From positions 41,384-105,383 of the forward strand of contig CBFIDX010000001.1 of the NCBI GenBank assembly GCA_965661505.1: a DNA stretch of 64,000 nucleotides, in the 5' to 3' direction. Source of the stretch: Flavobacteriales bacterium (GTDB lineage: Bacteria; Bacteroidota; Bacteroidia; Flavobacteriales; UBA7312). The notes under the pieces were generated by a model. It ran no database searches, was not told the origin of the DNA, and was given only the letters and a program-made list of their open reading frames with translations. The position numbers were made by a program, and so were the translations under genes. Shown here in pieces: positions 39,049 through 49,465 of this stretch. Position 1 is the first letter of the stretch, and each line of letters begins with the position of its first letter.

Positions 39049-40449
39049 ATGACATTTAAGAAAATAGACAGTACTGATGTAGCATACTTCTGTCATGCCC
39101 TTGGAACCGATTTTGTGTTAACGGATGTTGAAAGCCTTGATAACTATGCGCATGACGAAACGGAAGATTTGAAATATTTTCCAGAAGTAGTCTTGAAGCC
39201 TGGTTCTACAAGTGAGGTTGCTTCTATTATGCGTTATTGCAACGATCAACTCATCAGTCTGACCCCCTGTGGCGCCCGTACGGGTTTGAGTGGTGGCTCA
39301 TTACCTGTGTGTGGAGGAGTAGCTATGAGTACAGAGCGTTTAAATAACATTATAGAAATTGATGAGCGTAATCTTCAGGCTACTGTTGAGCCTGGAGTGA
39401 TTAACCAAGTTTTTCGAGACGCTGTACAAGAAAAAGGTTTGTTTTACCCCCCAGATCCTGCAAGTAAAGGCAGCAGTTTTTTGGGAGGAAATCTTGCAGA
39501 AAATTCAGGTGGTCCTAAAGCCTTGAAGTATGGAGTCACGAAAGATTATGTACTGAATTTAGAAGTAGTTCTTGCAAATGGAGAGGTGATATGGACTGGT
39601 GCTAATGTGCTTAAAAATGCTACTGGATATAATCTTACTCAGCTCATGGTAGGAAGTGAAGGAACCCTAGGAGTAATTACTAAAATAGTATTTCGTCTGA
39701 TCCCACTTCCGACTAAGGATATTAGTATGCTAGTTCCTTTCCAATCAGCCGAAAAGGCCTGTGAAGCTGTATCTGCAATATTTAGAGCAGGCATTACCCC
39801 TTCTGCTTTAGAATTTATGGAACGAGATGCCATAGATTGGACCTTGAAGTTTACGAATATTTCACTTTCTGTAGAAGACAGTATTCAAGCTCATTTATTG
39901 ATAGAAGTTGATGGTACAGACATGGATCTTCTCTTTAAGGAATGTGAATGTATTGCTGTTGTAATGGAGCAATTTGGTTGTAGTGAAATACTTTTAGCTG
40001 ATTCTGCTAGCCAGAAGGAACAATTATGGCGTTTAAGAAGAGCTGTAGGAGAGGCGGTTAAGTGCAATAGCATCTACAAAGAAGAGGACACAGTTGTACC
40101 TCGTGCAGAACTTCCTAAACTATTAAGGGGAGTAAAGCAACTAGGTGAAAAGCATGGATTTAGTTCCATTTGTTACGGCCATGCAGGCGACGGTAATTTA
40201 CACATTAACATTATTAAAGGAAGCATGAGTGATGAGGCTTGGGAAAAGGATTTATCTAGTGGAATTCGTGAGTTATTTGAGTTGACGATAAGTTTAGGAG
40301 GAACCATAAGTGGAGAGCATGGCATTGGCTTGGTGCAAAAAGAATACATGGACATCGCTTTTAGTAAAACCAACATAAACTTACAAAAGGGCATTAAAAA
40401 GCTATTTGACCCCAAAGGAATCTTAAATCCTAAAAAAGTATTTGTATAA
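39049..40449 (+). CDS. FAD-linked oxidase (GlcD / D-lactate dehydrogenase family)
   Basis: About 466 aa from MTFKKIDS. FAD_binding_4 segment (PCGARTGLSGGS). C-terminal SGEHGIG motif. Confidence 0.85.
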   Translation: MTFKKIDSTDVAYFCHALGTDFVLTDVESLDNYAHDETEDLKYFPEVVLKPGSTSEVASIMRYCNDQLISLTPCGARTGLSGGSLPVCGGVAMSTERLNNIIEIDERNLQATVEPGVINQVFRDAVQEKGLFYPPDPASKGSSFLGGNLAENSGGPKALKYGVTKDYVLNLEVVLANGEVIWTGANVLKNATGYNLTQLMVGSEGTLGVITKIVFRLIPLPTKDISMLVPFQSAEKACEAVSAIFRAGITPSALEFMERDAIDWTLKFTNISLSVEDSIQAHLLIEVDGTDMDLLFKECECIAVVMEQFGCSEILLADSASQKEQLWRLRRAVGEAVKCNSIYKEEDTVVPRAELPKLLRGVKQLGEKHGFSSICYGHAGDGNLHINIIKGSMSDEAWEKDLSSGIRELFELTISLGGTISGEHGIGLVQKEYMDIAFSKTNINLQKGIKKLFDPKGILNPKKVFV

Positions 40450-40478
40450 AAAAGCCCTCGTTAGTGAGGGCTTTTTTT
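40448..40478. terminator. Bidirectional Rho-independent terminator
   Basis: aaaaaa-gccctc-gttagt-gagggc-ttttttt, between convergent genes. Confidence 0.8.
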
Positions 40479-40479
40479 A

Positions 40480-43400
40480 TTACTGCAGAATTATTTTTTT
40501 ATTAATACTTCCTTGGTCAGTTCGAATCTGAATTAAATAAACTCCTTTGCTTAGATCTGAAAGATTAAACTCTTCTTGAAGAATTTGCTGCTCATACTTA
40601 GTTTGTTTGTCCATAATCAATTTTCCTTGAAGGTTAAAAACCGATATATTGCTAATTTCCTCTTTAGAAGACTTGTGCGAAACAATAAAAGTGCCTGATG
40701 TGGGGTTAGGGAAAATGTTTACAGGCGTTGTTAGTAAACTATTAATGTTAGTTGGACAGCTTTGGATAATTACAGAAATTGTATCAGAGTTAATACATCC
40801 GTTTTGATCTACTATTTCTGCCCAGTAAGAATATTGACCAGCAACTGCCTCTGAAAGAGAAATGGATGAGCTTACATCACCATTGAACCATAAGTAATTG
40901 TTCATTCCTGAATTTAAAGATAGACTAAACGTATCATTCTCGCAAATACTTAAATTTGGTGATATAAGCGAAATATTTCCACTTTGAGGCGTAACAGCGT
41001 TTACATGTGCCGTTACTGGTGTTCGGTTGCTTGCGCAAACCTCTTCAAGCTGCCAATTATAAAAATAATAGAAATAACTTTGTGGTGAGTTTGTGGTGTT
41101 TGCTGTTATTTGTATGCTGTTTCCAATACTAAATGGAAAAGATCCCGATGGAACAACATCGTTTCTATACAAGCCGTCATTTGTGCCGTTAATTCCTATC
41201 TGGTAGCCTAGTCCAGGCTGTATTAAAAAATTTAGTTCAATTGTATTGAGTCCAGTTGTAAAACTTACAACTGCATCATGTACTTGTGCTCCAGAATTAT
41301 CTAAAACTTCAATGGTCGTTGTAAAGTTTGTTTCAGCATACAGATCGATCGATTTTAGCAAAGTTGCATCAAAGCAGTCAAAGACCATATCCCAGCTATC
41401 ATTATAGTGATATCCTCCACTTCCTAAGGTGTTATTATCAACTGGTCCTCCTGTAAAGGTTGCGTTGGTAACTAATTCTTCAACATAGTAAGTGATGGTA
41501 TTAGAAAGTGGACTAGTTGTGTATGAATTTCCAGTATGAAAAGCTGTTCCGCCACTGTTGTTAGCATACCAGGATAAATTATTACTATTCATTCCATCGG
41601 CAAACAATTGCGCTTGTTGACCAGAACAAATCGTGTCATTGGTAGTGGTAGGTGGGTTGACTATGCTAACATTAACAAAGTCGTTGTAAATAATGGTGTC
41701 GGAGCCATAAGTATTAGAAGCAATTAGCTGTACATCGTAAGATCCATCTAATAAGTAGGTGTGATTTGGATTAGGATCAAAAGAGCTGTTTCCATCTCCA
41801 AAATTCCATTCCCATGATGTTGGGTTATAAATAGATTGATCAACAAACTGCACATTTCCTGTACATTCATTTAAATAACTTGTTGATACATTAGCATCTG
41901 GTGATTGGTTAGGGTAAACACAGTTCCAAAAAGCTTTAAATCCTAAATCAGTAGTCCCACCGTCGGAGTGCAAATGAATGGTAAGTGACCCTCCAGAAGA
42001 CGTAATGAGTCCAGGTGAGCCAGTAAGAGTGTTGCAAAATTGACCTAAGGACGTAGCATTTGTGTCTGGTCCGTCGAAAATTTCAATGTAATCAAAATTA
42101 CAGTTAGTAGCAGATGTAGGGGCTTCAATACCAAATTCAGTAAAGTCAATTGTTAACTGACTAGCTCCGATTGGAGAGATAGTAACGTAACTATCGGTAT
42201 TGTCTGGATAATTACCTTGCTCTCCACCGCTATCAAATAAGATACCTGAACATGTGTTGAAAGTATTACTCACACCATTAGGTGGCATTAAGTATTCACA
42301 AGGGTTGGAGGGTAAAACACTAATATGATTTGTTTTTATAAGTGTATCAGTACCCAATGGACCTGTTGCAATTAATTGTATTGTAAAATCTCCGAATGTA
42401 GTATAGGTGTGCGAAGGGTTAAAGTCATTACTTGTATTCCCATCACCAAAATCCCATTGGTGATTAGTAGCATTAATGGAGGTGTTTGAAAAATTAACTT
42501 GTGCTGGTAGGTCGCAAAATAAGGAATCTGATGCATTAAAGCTAGCAGTTGGCTCCTCCGATATAGGTAAATCAGTTTTCCAAATACCTCGTCCATAGGT
42601 TGTTGCAATAAGTAGGCTAGACTGATACTGAATTTCTAACTCATTAACAATGACATTAGGCATTCCCTGGTTAAATGTTTCCCAAAGTGTCATGCTCGAA
42701 TCTCTGTAAAAAACTCCTAAATCTGTTCCAACATATAATTCTTCAAGTAATGGATTGTTGTGATTAATTATCACACAGTTTGCGGGAAGATTTGGTAAGC
42801 CTGCTGATATATTAGTCCAGTTAGACCCAAAGTCATTGGTTTGATATACTTTTTGACCATTTCCATATCCTGAATAAGAAATCCAAGCTTTTTCAGGGTT
42901 TAATGGGTCTATGCTTATATACGAGATAGAGCGATTTGGTAACCCACTAGAAATCAAACTCCAGTTTGCTCCATTGTCAGTAGTTAAATATAGTTCGTTA
43001 TACTCTGAAAAATAAATCACATTTCCGTCAGATTTAGAAACAGCAATGGCATCAATTTCTCCGCCAGCTTGCCCGTTAGTTAATGTATTCCAGTTGTCTC
43101 CGCCATCTAATGATTCCCAAACCTCGGTGTAGCCCGCAATAATTCTATTAGAGTTAGAAGGATCTAACATAAAGGGAGTAACCCAAGCCCCATCATTTGC
43201 AGGAGCAATGTCGTTGAAGTTTCCACCTCCATTTGTTGATTTACTTAGAGCTCCATAGTAAACAGTGCTATACATAACATCAGGATTGTTTGGGTCAATT
43301 GCGCATTCCATTCCGTCACCACCTCTTACAGAGGACCAAGAATTGATCCCATCCATCAAAAACGTACCGTTGTCTTGAGCACCTGCAATGATGAGCTCAG

Positions 43401-44862
43401 GATCTGTTTGAGAGAGGCCTGACCTGTAAAACTGAGTGATCTGTAAACCATCACTAATGTCTGTCCAGTTGAGGCCATCATTGTCGGAAAAATATAGCCC
43501 CCCGTCATTTGCGGAATAAAGTCGATTATTAGCAGAGTTATACCTTAAATAATGTACATCCGCATGCTTGTACTCCGTGCCTCCGCCACCGTACCAGTGA
43601 GAAGAGATATTCCAGTTTTGACCCCCATCTGTAGATTTCCAACTATTTACACCTCCAACAATAAGCAGGTTTTCATCTGTAGGAGAAACGGTAAGGGCTA
43701 AATCATACCATCCTTGGCCACCTGAGTCTGTGCCGTCAGTTGACCATCCCAACAAGTTAGGTGCATTAGAAGAATCAGCTTGAACAGTCCAGCTTGCCCC
43801 TTCATCAACAGATTTATAGATGCCATAAAAACCCTCATCAGACCCACAAAACAATGCGTAAACAACACTGGGGTTAGCCGGTGTTACGGCAATGTGACAC
43901 CTTTCAACACCACTTGTTGGTAGTCCATTTGTCAGTTGAGTCCAGCTTTGACCGTTGTCAGTTGATTTAAAAATTCCTGAAGGTCCTCCAATCTGTGATC
44001 CGCCGTAAACCACGTTTGGGTCATCAGGCTTAAACTCCATACTCACTAAGTTTTTTTGTAGTTGTACGTTGAAATTATCTCCTCCATCAGTAGATCGGTA
44101 AACTTCTCCAGTACCGCTGGCCCTTCTTACACTTACTAAGATTTGATCTGTGTTATTTGGATTTATTAACACTCTATTACCTCTATAGCTTTGGGTGTAG
44201 TAAAAGGAAAGACCTGTGCTATCCCAGCTATTTCCTCCATCAATGGATTTCATAACCCCATAAGAATAAGTGTCACCTGCATCTCTATCGCCAGTTGCAA
44301 TAAACATAATGTTTGAGTTAGTGGGATCAATTGCTATATCTGAAACACCCAAGTTTGGAAGTAAGTCTGTATTACTGCTCCAGTTTAGTCCTGCGTCAAC
44401 AGATTTCCAAAGGCCTCCTGCTGGAGCACCAACCCATAAAACATCAGGGTTTTGAGGGTCAAATTCTACAATATTTAATCGACCGATTCCTCTTTTAGTT
44501 CCGCTAGACTGTAAAGGAACAAGAGTAGGCCCATAGGGCATCCAGTTTGCTTGTGGTGAGCTGGAAGATCTTGGCTGGTTTTTATGTTTTTGGTATTGTT
44601 TGTATAGTGCATTACTCGGAAAAGATCCATCACTTTCTACTCTTGGCTCCATAAATGCCTCCCAACGCTTAAACTGTTTCCATCCTTTTCCCTTTGGGAT
44701 GTCTTTTCCTTCCCAATATGTGTTGAATTTTTCTTGAGTTTGATAGAAATTAACTTCTGGATTAAACATGTCTTTTGACCAATCTGATTGTCCATTTACA
44801 AAGTTTACAGAAAGGCACAGCATGACAAAAGCTATATGAAAAATTCTAAACTTATTTGGCAT
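40480..44862 (-). CDS. Giant secreted multidomain protein: BNR/Asp-box (sortilin-like) propellers, PKD domains, CUB-like domain, T9SS type A CTD
   Basis: 1460 aa with signal peptide. At least 10 S/T-x-D-x-G-x-x-W Asp-box repeats (for example WKSVDAGLNW, FKSTDNGQSW, WKSTDGGQNW). Two WDFGDGN/WNFGDGN PKD domains. A CUB-like segment CSGILFDSGG...DYIEIFDG...GFKAFW. C-terminal IFPNPTSGTF...GVYLIQI...KKIILQ. Confidence 0.85.
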   Translation of the reverse strand: MPNKFRIFHIAFVMLCLSVNFVNGQSDWSKDMFNPEVNFYQTQEKFNTYWEGKDIPKGKGWKQFKRWEAFMEPRVESDGSFPSNALYKQYQKHKNQPRSSSSPQANWMPYGPTLVPLQSSGTKRGIGRLNIVEFDPQNPDVLWVGAPAGGLWKSVDAGLNWSSNTDLLPNLGVSDIAIDPTNSNIMFIATGDRDAGDTYSYGVMKSIDGGNSWDSTGLSFYYTQSYRGNRVLINPNNTDQILVSVRRASGTGEVYRSTDGGDNFNVQLQKNLVSMEFKPDDPNVVYGGSQIGGPSGIFKSTDNGQSWTQLTNGLPTSGVERCHIAVTPANPSVVYALFCGSDEGFYGIYKSVDEGASWTVQADSSNAPNLLGWSTDGTDSGGQGWYDLALTVSPTDENLLIVGGVNSWKSTDGGQNWNISSHWYGGGGTEYKHADVHYLRYNSANNRLYSANDGGLYFSDNDGLNWTDISDGLQITQFYRSGLSQTDPELIIAGAQDNGTFLMDGINSWSSVRGGDGMECAIDPNNPDVMYSTVYYGALSKSTNGGGNFNDIAPANDGAWVTPFMLDPSNSNRIIAGYTEVWESLDGGDNWNTLTNGQAGGEIDAIAVSKSDGNVIYFSEYNELYLTTDNGANWSLISSGLPNRSISYISIDPLNPEKAWISYSGYGNGQKVYQTNDFGSNWTNISAGLPNLPANCVIINHNNPLLEELYVGTDLGVFYRDSSMTLWETFNQGMPNVIVNELEIQYQSSLLIATTYGRGIWKTDLPISEEPTASFNASDSLFCDLPAQVNFSNTSINATNHQWDFGDGNTSNDFNPSHTYTTFGDFTIQLIATGPLGTDTLIKTNHISVLPSNPCEYLMPPNGVSNTFNTCSGILFDSGGEQGNYPDNTDSYVTISPIGASQLTIDFTEFGIEAPTSATNCNFDYIEIFDGPDTNATSLGQFCNTLTGSPGLITSSGGSLTIHLHSDGGTTDLGFKAFWNCVYPNQSPDANVSTSYLNECTGNVQFVDQSIYNPTSWEWNFGDGNSSFDPNPNHTYLLDGSYDVQLIASNTYGSDTIIYNDFVNVSIVNPPTTTNDTICSGQQAQLFADGMNSNNLSWYANNSGGTAFHTGNSYTTSPLSNTITYYVEELVTNATFTGGPVDNNTLGSGGYHYNDSWDMVFDCFDATLLKSIDLYAETNFTTTIEVLDNSGAQVHDAVVSFTTGLNTIELNFLIQPGLGYQIGINGTNDGLYRNDVVPSGSFPFSIGNSIQITANTTNSPQSYFYYFYNWQLEEVCASNRTPVTAHVNAVTPQSGNISLISPNLSICENDTFSLSLNSGMNNYLWFNGDVSSSISLSEAVAGQYSYWAEIVDQNGCINSDTISVIIQSCPTNINSLLTTPVNIFPNPTSGTFIVSHKSSKEEISNISVFNLQGKLIMDKQTKYEQQILQEEFNLSDLSKGVYLIQIRTDQGSINKKIILQ

Positions 44863-44939
44863 AGTGATAGTTGTTTACATTAGTAAAAAATAATAAAAAC
44901 GAGTAGGTAAAGTAAGTATAAAAGGGCTTTGGGTGTTAG

Positions 44940-45629
44940 TTAGTCTCTATTTCCTAAATAGAGCATTACATAATACGCTAATTGGGTTAACGAAGCCAAT
45001 GCAGCGACCATGTAGGTTCCAGCAGCCCATTTAAGTGCATCTTGTGCCATTGGATGGTTTTGTTCACTGGTGATATTGCTTTGTTTTAGCCAAATTAACG
45101 CTCTGTTACTAGCATCAAACTCAACAGGTAAGGTAACAAGAGTAAAAATAGTAATAGCACCTTGGAAAATGATTACGGCTAATAAAGCCGTATCGATTCC
45201 GAACCAACCTAAAACCCCAGCACCTAAGAACATCATTATAAAAAGGAAATTAAGCATCTTACTGCTAAAAGCTACTGCTGGCACCATTGCTGAGCGCATT
45301 TGTAACCAGGAGTATGCAGTAGCGTGTTGTACAGCATGCCCACATTCATGAGCAGCTACTGCAGCAGCAGCTACACTATTATTATTATAAACATCTGGAC
45401 TAAGGTTAACCGTCTTGTCTTGTGGATTGTAATGATCTGTTAATCGACCTGCTACAGAAACAACTTTCACATCAGTAATGCCATGATCACTCAACATCTT
45501 TTCAGCAATATCTTTGCCAGACATACTACCGTGCAAGGGAACAGCAGAATACTTTTTGAATTTATTTTTTAAACGGCTACTAACCACGCCGCCAATAATC
45601 ATGAAGAAAATAATTATTAACCAAATCAT
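44940..45629 (-). CDS. Membrane zinc metallopeptidase (Zn_peptidase_2 / YugP-like)
   Basis: 229 aa. N-terminal TM segment, HECGHAVQH zinc motif, C-terminal TM segments. Confidence 0.8.
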   Translation of the reverse strand: MIWLIIIFFMIIGGVVSSRLKNKFKKYSAVPLHGSMSGKDIAEKMLSDHGITDVKVVSVAGRLTDHYNPQDKTVNLSPDVYNNNSVAAAAVAAHECGHAVQHATAYSWLQMRSAMVPAVAFSSKMLNFLFIMMFLGAGVLGWFGIDTALLAVIIFQGAITIFTLVTLPVEFDASNRALIWLKQSNITSEQNHPMAQDALKWAAGTYMVAALASLTQLAYYVMLYLGNRD

Positions 45630-45679
45630 ACCAAAAAATTTATAGGTACAAAAATAATCAATAATTATAGAATTAGAGC

Positions 45680-45712
45680 AAAAAAAAACGCACCCATGAG
45701 ATGCGTTTTTTT
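45680..45712 (-). terminator. Rho-independent terminator after the OMP gene
   Basis: The minus strand reads aacgca-(9-nt loop)-tgcgtt followed by a run of 9 T. Confidence 0.6.
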
Positions 45713-45729
45713 AATTTTTTGTTTTTCAG

Positions 45730-46182
45730 TTAGAATCTGTAAGCAAGACCTAGTTTAAGTGCACCATGTCTATCATCATCATTATCGTCTGTTGAAACAT
45801 TCATAGTGTAATTAGGTTCAATGAAAAAGTTGTCATAAACATTGAAACTGTAACCAGCACCGATACGAAGATTATCAGAAAAATCTTCTGTTGTTGTGTT
45901 GGCAGTTAGATAAATAGACTCATTCCAATTGTAACGAACAAATAGTCTGAAATCTTCTTCTTCTGTTTCTACTTCTTCGACTTCTTCTGAAACACCTTCA
46001 CCCATCATCATGGCACCTACTGTCCAGGTTTCATTGAAAGAATAACCAAATCCGAAATCTGTTGTTTCGGTGATATTTTCTGTGTCAAATTCCTCCGTAT
46101 CGATGTCGGCAACAATCATAAATTGCGCAGAAGCAGCGAAGCTTAAAAGAGCAAAAGCTCCTGTTAAAAATAAATTTTTCAT
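45730..46182 (-). CDS. Small outer-membrane beta-barrel protein
   Basis: 150 aa. Signal peptide ending ASAQF. Alternating aromatic/hydrophilic strands and C-terminal LGLAYRF typical of OMP beta-barrels. Contains an acidic insert EEVEEVETEEED. Confidence 0.55.
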   Translation of the reverse strand: MKNLFLTGAFALLSFAASAQFMIVADIDTEEFDTENITETTDFGFGYSFNETWTVGAMMMGEGVSEEVEEVETEEEDFRLFVRYNWNESIYLTANTTTEDFSDNLRIGAGYSFNVYDNFFIEPNYTMNVSTDDNDDDRHGALKLGLAYRF

Positions 46183-46349
46183 AAATTGTTTTTATTTAAA
46201 TATAGTAGTTAATAATGATGCAAATATCGTTATTTTACAAAATATACTTCATTCTTTTACCTAGTATTTTAAACATATCTTTGTTGATAACCAAAGCGCA
46301 ACCACCACGAATTTTTCCGATATTTGCCAAACTAATGTAAATTTAGTTT

Positions 46350-47717
46350 ATGATCCAAAAACCTTTGACACCAAAAGGGACACGCGACTTTTCATCTGAT
46401 ATGGTGTTAAGGAGGAACTATGTTTTTCAAATTGTGCAATCTGCTTTTCAGCGTTTTGGCTTTGTACCTATAGAAACGCCTGCTATGGAAAACTTAGATA
46501 CCTTACTAGGCAAATATGGAGAGGAGGGTGACCAATTAATTTTTAAGATTATAAATTCTGGAGATTACCTTTCCAAAGCCAATATTGATGAAAATGTTAC
46601 ATCAAAGTCACTAACACCCCAGATATCGGACAAGGCTTTAAGGTATGATTTAACAGTGCCTTTTGCTCGCTACGTTGTTCAGAACAGGAATGATATTACA
46701 TTTCCATTTAAACGCTACCAGATGCAGCCAGTTTGGCGTGCTGACAGGCCACAAAAGGGTCGTTTTCGAGAGTTTTATCAATGCGATGCAGATGTGATAG
46801 GTTCAAAATCATTGCTTTGCGAGCTTGAATTAATCCAGTTGTACGATGAGGTATTTACCAATTTGGGTTTGCAGGATTTTACTATTAACATTAATAATAG
46901 GAAGATTTTAAGCGGCATAGCCCAAGTTATTGGAGAGCCAGAAAAGCTCATCGATATTACCGTTGCTTTAGATAAAATAGATAAAATAGGCAAAGAGAAA
47001 GTTCAAGAGGAATTACGATTGAAAGGAGTTACCGCAAGCGCAATTTCAAAAATGAATCCTTTGTTTCATTTGCTGGGTAATAATTTTGAAAAACTTGAAA
47101 TTCTTTCTAGTTTTTTAGCAGAGTCTGAAGTGGGTTTAAAAGGGGTTGAAGAGCTTCGTTATATTCTAGATTTAGCAACTGACATTGGCTTGCGTAAATC
47201 CAACTTAGAGATAGATGTAACATTAGCGAGGGGTCTTAATTACTACACTGGAGCGATTTTTGAAGTAAAATCAAACGAGGTAAGTATTGGTAGTATAGGT
47301 GGAGGAGGTCGTTACGATGATTTAACAAGTATTTTTGGTCTTAATGATGTGTCCGGGGTTGGGATATCTTTTGGAATAGATCGAATCTGTATAGTTATGG
47401 AAGAGCTACATCTTTTTTCTGATTTAAAGCAAGCTAACCCTAAACTAATGTTTATTAACTTTGGTGAAGCTGAGGCTGCTTATTGTTTAAAGCTTTTAAA
47501 AGAGCTGAGAGAGGAAGGAGTAAGTGCTGAAATCTACCCCTCTGCTTCTAAAATGAAAAAGCAAATGAATTATGCTCATAAAAAGAACATTGAATTTGTG
47601 GCTCTTGTAGGTGAAAACGAATTGAAAAGTGGCCTCATCACACTAAAAAACATGAAAAATGGTTCTCAAGAAAATATTAGTAAAAGAGCGTTGTTGAGTC
47701 AGTTGATTAAAAAGTAA
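46350..47717 (+). CDS. hisS: Histidine--tRNA ligase
   Basis: 455 aa. KGTRDF N-terminus, class II motifs (FREFYQCDADVIG, GGGRYD), C-terminal anticodon-binding domain. Confidence 0.95.
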   Translation: MIQKPLTPKGTRDFSSDMVLRRNYVFQIVQSAFQRFGFVPIETPAMENLDTLLGKYGEEGDQLIFKIINSGDYLSKANIDENVTSKSLTPQISDKALRYDLTVPFARYVVQNRNDITFPFKRYQMQPVWRADRPQKGRFREFYQCDADVIGSKSLLCELELIQLYDEVFTNLGLQDFTININNRKILSGIAQVIGEPEKLIDITVALDKIDKIGKEKVQEELRLKGVTASAISKMNPLFHLLGNNFEKLEILSSFLAESEVGLKGVEELRYILDLATDIGLRKSNLEIDVTLARGLNYYTGAIFEVKSNEVSIGSIGGGGRYDDLTSIFGLNDVSGVGISFGIDRICIVMEELHLFSDLKQANPKLMFINFGEAEAAYCLKLLKELREEGVSAEIYPSASKMKKQMNYAHKKNIEFVALVGENELKSGLITLKNMKNGSQENISKRALLSQLIKK

Positions 47718-48136
47718 TGAATAAATACTCTCTCATATTTCTTATAAGTTCGCTAATCTTTACTTCCTGTGAGAAAGGAGGTAGTAACGCTTCTGTTGAC
47801 AAGGAAAACCCCATTATCGAAGTGTTCAGCTTGTCTTCTGATAACATTCCAATGAAGGAAGGGGCAAGTCTATCAATTTCTCTTTCCTTTACAGATAACG
47901 ACAGTTTATTGGCTTATAGAGTTCGAATAGAGGATAACTTTATTAGAATAAAACCAACATTTGTTCCTTGGAACCTTCAGCAGGACTACTCAATAAACGG
48001 AACGTCGTATTCTACAAGCAAAACTTATCAAATGCCCTATCCATCAGAGCCAGGCTCATATCGTGTGGATGTAATTGTTCAAGATGCAGCTTTAAATGAG
48101 GCAGAACAAAGTAGATTTTTTACAATCGATGAATAA
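47717..48136 (+). CDS. Small lipoprotein of unknown function (Ig-like, possibly DUF4625)
   Basis: 139 aa. Lipoprotein signal IFTSC. ATG overlaps the hisS TAA by 1 nt. The family assignment is only from memory. Confidence 0.45.
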   Translation: MNKYSLIFLISSLIFTSCEKGGSNASVDKENPIIEVFSLSSDNIPMKEGASLSISLSFTDNDSLLAYRVRIEDNFIRIKPTFVPWNLQQDYSINGTSYSTSKTYQMPYPSEPGSYRVDVIVQDAALNEAEQSRFFTIDE

Positions 48137-48159
48137 AAAAACGAAAACATTGTTTTTTT

Positions 48160-49395
48160 ATGAAAGCTGATATTATAACTATCGGTGACGAAATTCTTAT
48201 TGGTCACATAATAGATACAAATGCTACTTGGATTGCTAAGCAGTTAGAAAGTTTGGGAGTACATGTTCGTCAGATAACCTCAATTTCTGATGACAAAGCC
48301 CATATTTGCAATGTGCTAGATTCGGCCTTAAAATCTAGTAAAATTGTTGTACTAACTGGTGGGTTAGGACCAACTAATGACGATGTTACCAAACATGCAC
48401 TTTGTGATTTTTTTCTTGACGAGCTTGTCATGAATCAAGAAGTGTTTAGTAACGTTAAGCGTTTGTTTGCGAAAAATAATCGAAGAATAAACCATTTAAA
48501 TAAGCAGCAAGCCATGATTCCTTCGAAGAGCATTGTATTGCCCAATGCTTTAGGAACAGCTCCTGGAATATTTTTTGATTTTAACGATAAGTTGATTTTA
48601 TCACTTCCGGGAGTTCCGTATGAGATGAAAGGGTTGATGCATCAATTTTTACCCATTCTGAAGGAAAAATTTAATATTCCATATGTGCTCCATAAAACAA
48701 TTATTTTAAGAGGGATAGTGGAATCTCATTTAGCAGAACTAGTACAAGATTGGGAGCGCCAACTGCCAGCCATAATTAAGCTAGCCTACTTACCTTCAAA
48801 AGGATACATACGACTAAGGTTTACTTCTAGAGGGCTTGATAAGCTTTTGTTAGAGAAAATAACACAAGAACAAATTGACAAGCTACAACTAATAGCAGGT
48901 CAATATTTTTGTCCATTCCAACAGTTGAGAATAGAACTTATCATTGGGGAGTTATTGAAAGAAAAAGGATTTACTATTGCTACAGCAGAAAGTTGTACAG
49001 GTGGCAATATTGCTGGTCGTATTACATCCATTGCGGGTAGTTCATCTTATTTTAAAGGCTCAATAGTAGCTTACTCTGAAGAGGTAAAGCAAGATCAATT
49101 AGGAGTAAGGGCGCAAACAATAGCAAGCCATCACATAGTAAGCGAAGCAGTAGTAAAAGAGATGGCGCAGGGTGTTAAAGAAAGGTTGAATACAGATTAC
49201 GCCATAGCCACTTCAGGTGTAGCTGGCCCTGGTGGAGCCGAAGAGAGTAGGCCTATAGGGACAGTTTGTGTGGCAATTGCTTCTCCTACTGATTTGAATA
49301 CATACACCTTTCATTTGAAAGGAAATAGAAATGATGTTATTGAAAAAGCAATAGAAAAATCCCTTTGGGCATTAAAGGAAACACTTGAAAAATAA
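48160..49395 (+). CDS. cinA: CinA-family protein (MoCF-binding domain + nicotinamide-nucleotide amidase PncC domain)
   Basis: 411 aa. N-terminal IITIGDEIL...TGGLGPTNDD and C-terminal TAESCTGG motifs. Confidence 0.9.
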   Translation: MKADIITIGDEILIGHIIDTNATWIAKQLESLGVHVRQITSISDDKAHICNVLDSALKSSKIVVLTGGLGPTNDDVTKHALCDFFLDELVMNQEVFSNVKRLFAKNNRRINHLNKQQAMIPSKSIVLPNALGTAPGIFFDFNDKLILSLPGVPYEMKGLMHQFLPILKEKFNIPYVLHKTIILRGIVESHLAELVQDWERQLPAIIKLAYLPSKGYIRLRFTSRGLDKLLLEKITQEQIDKLQLIAGQYFCPFQQLRIELIIGELLKEKGFTIATAESCTGGNIAGRITSIAGSSSYFKGSIVAYSEEVKQDQLGVRAQTIASHHIVSEAVVKEMAQGVKERLNTDYAIATSGVAGPGGAEESRPIGTVCVAIASPTDLNTYTFHLKGNRNDVIEKAIEKSLWALKETLEK

Positions 49396-49429
49396 ATAAA
49401 AATCTATTTTCTTAAAAAAGAAATAATCC

Positions 49430-49437
49430 TATATTTG
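49430..49437 (+). promoter_or_regulatory. -7 box (TATATTTG) for rpmB
   Basis: Exact TAnnTTTG match followed by CAGCCC, 28 nt upstream of ATG 49466. Confidence 0.5.
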
Positions 49438-49465
49438 CAGCCCGAAAAACTAAAGAATACAGACG

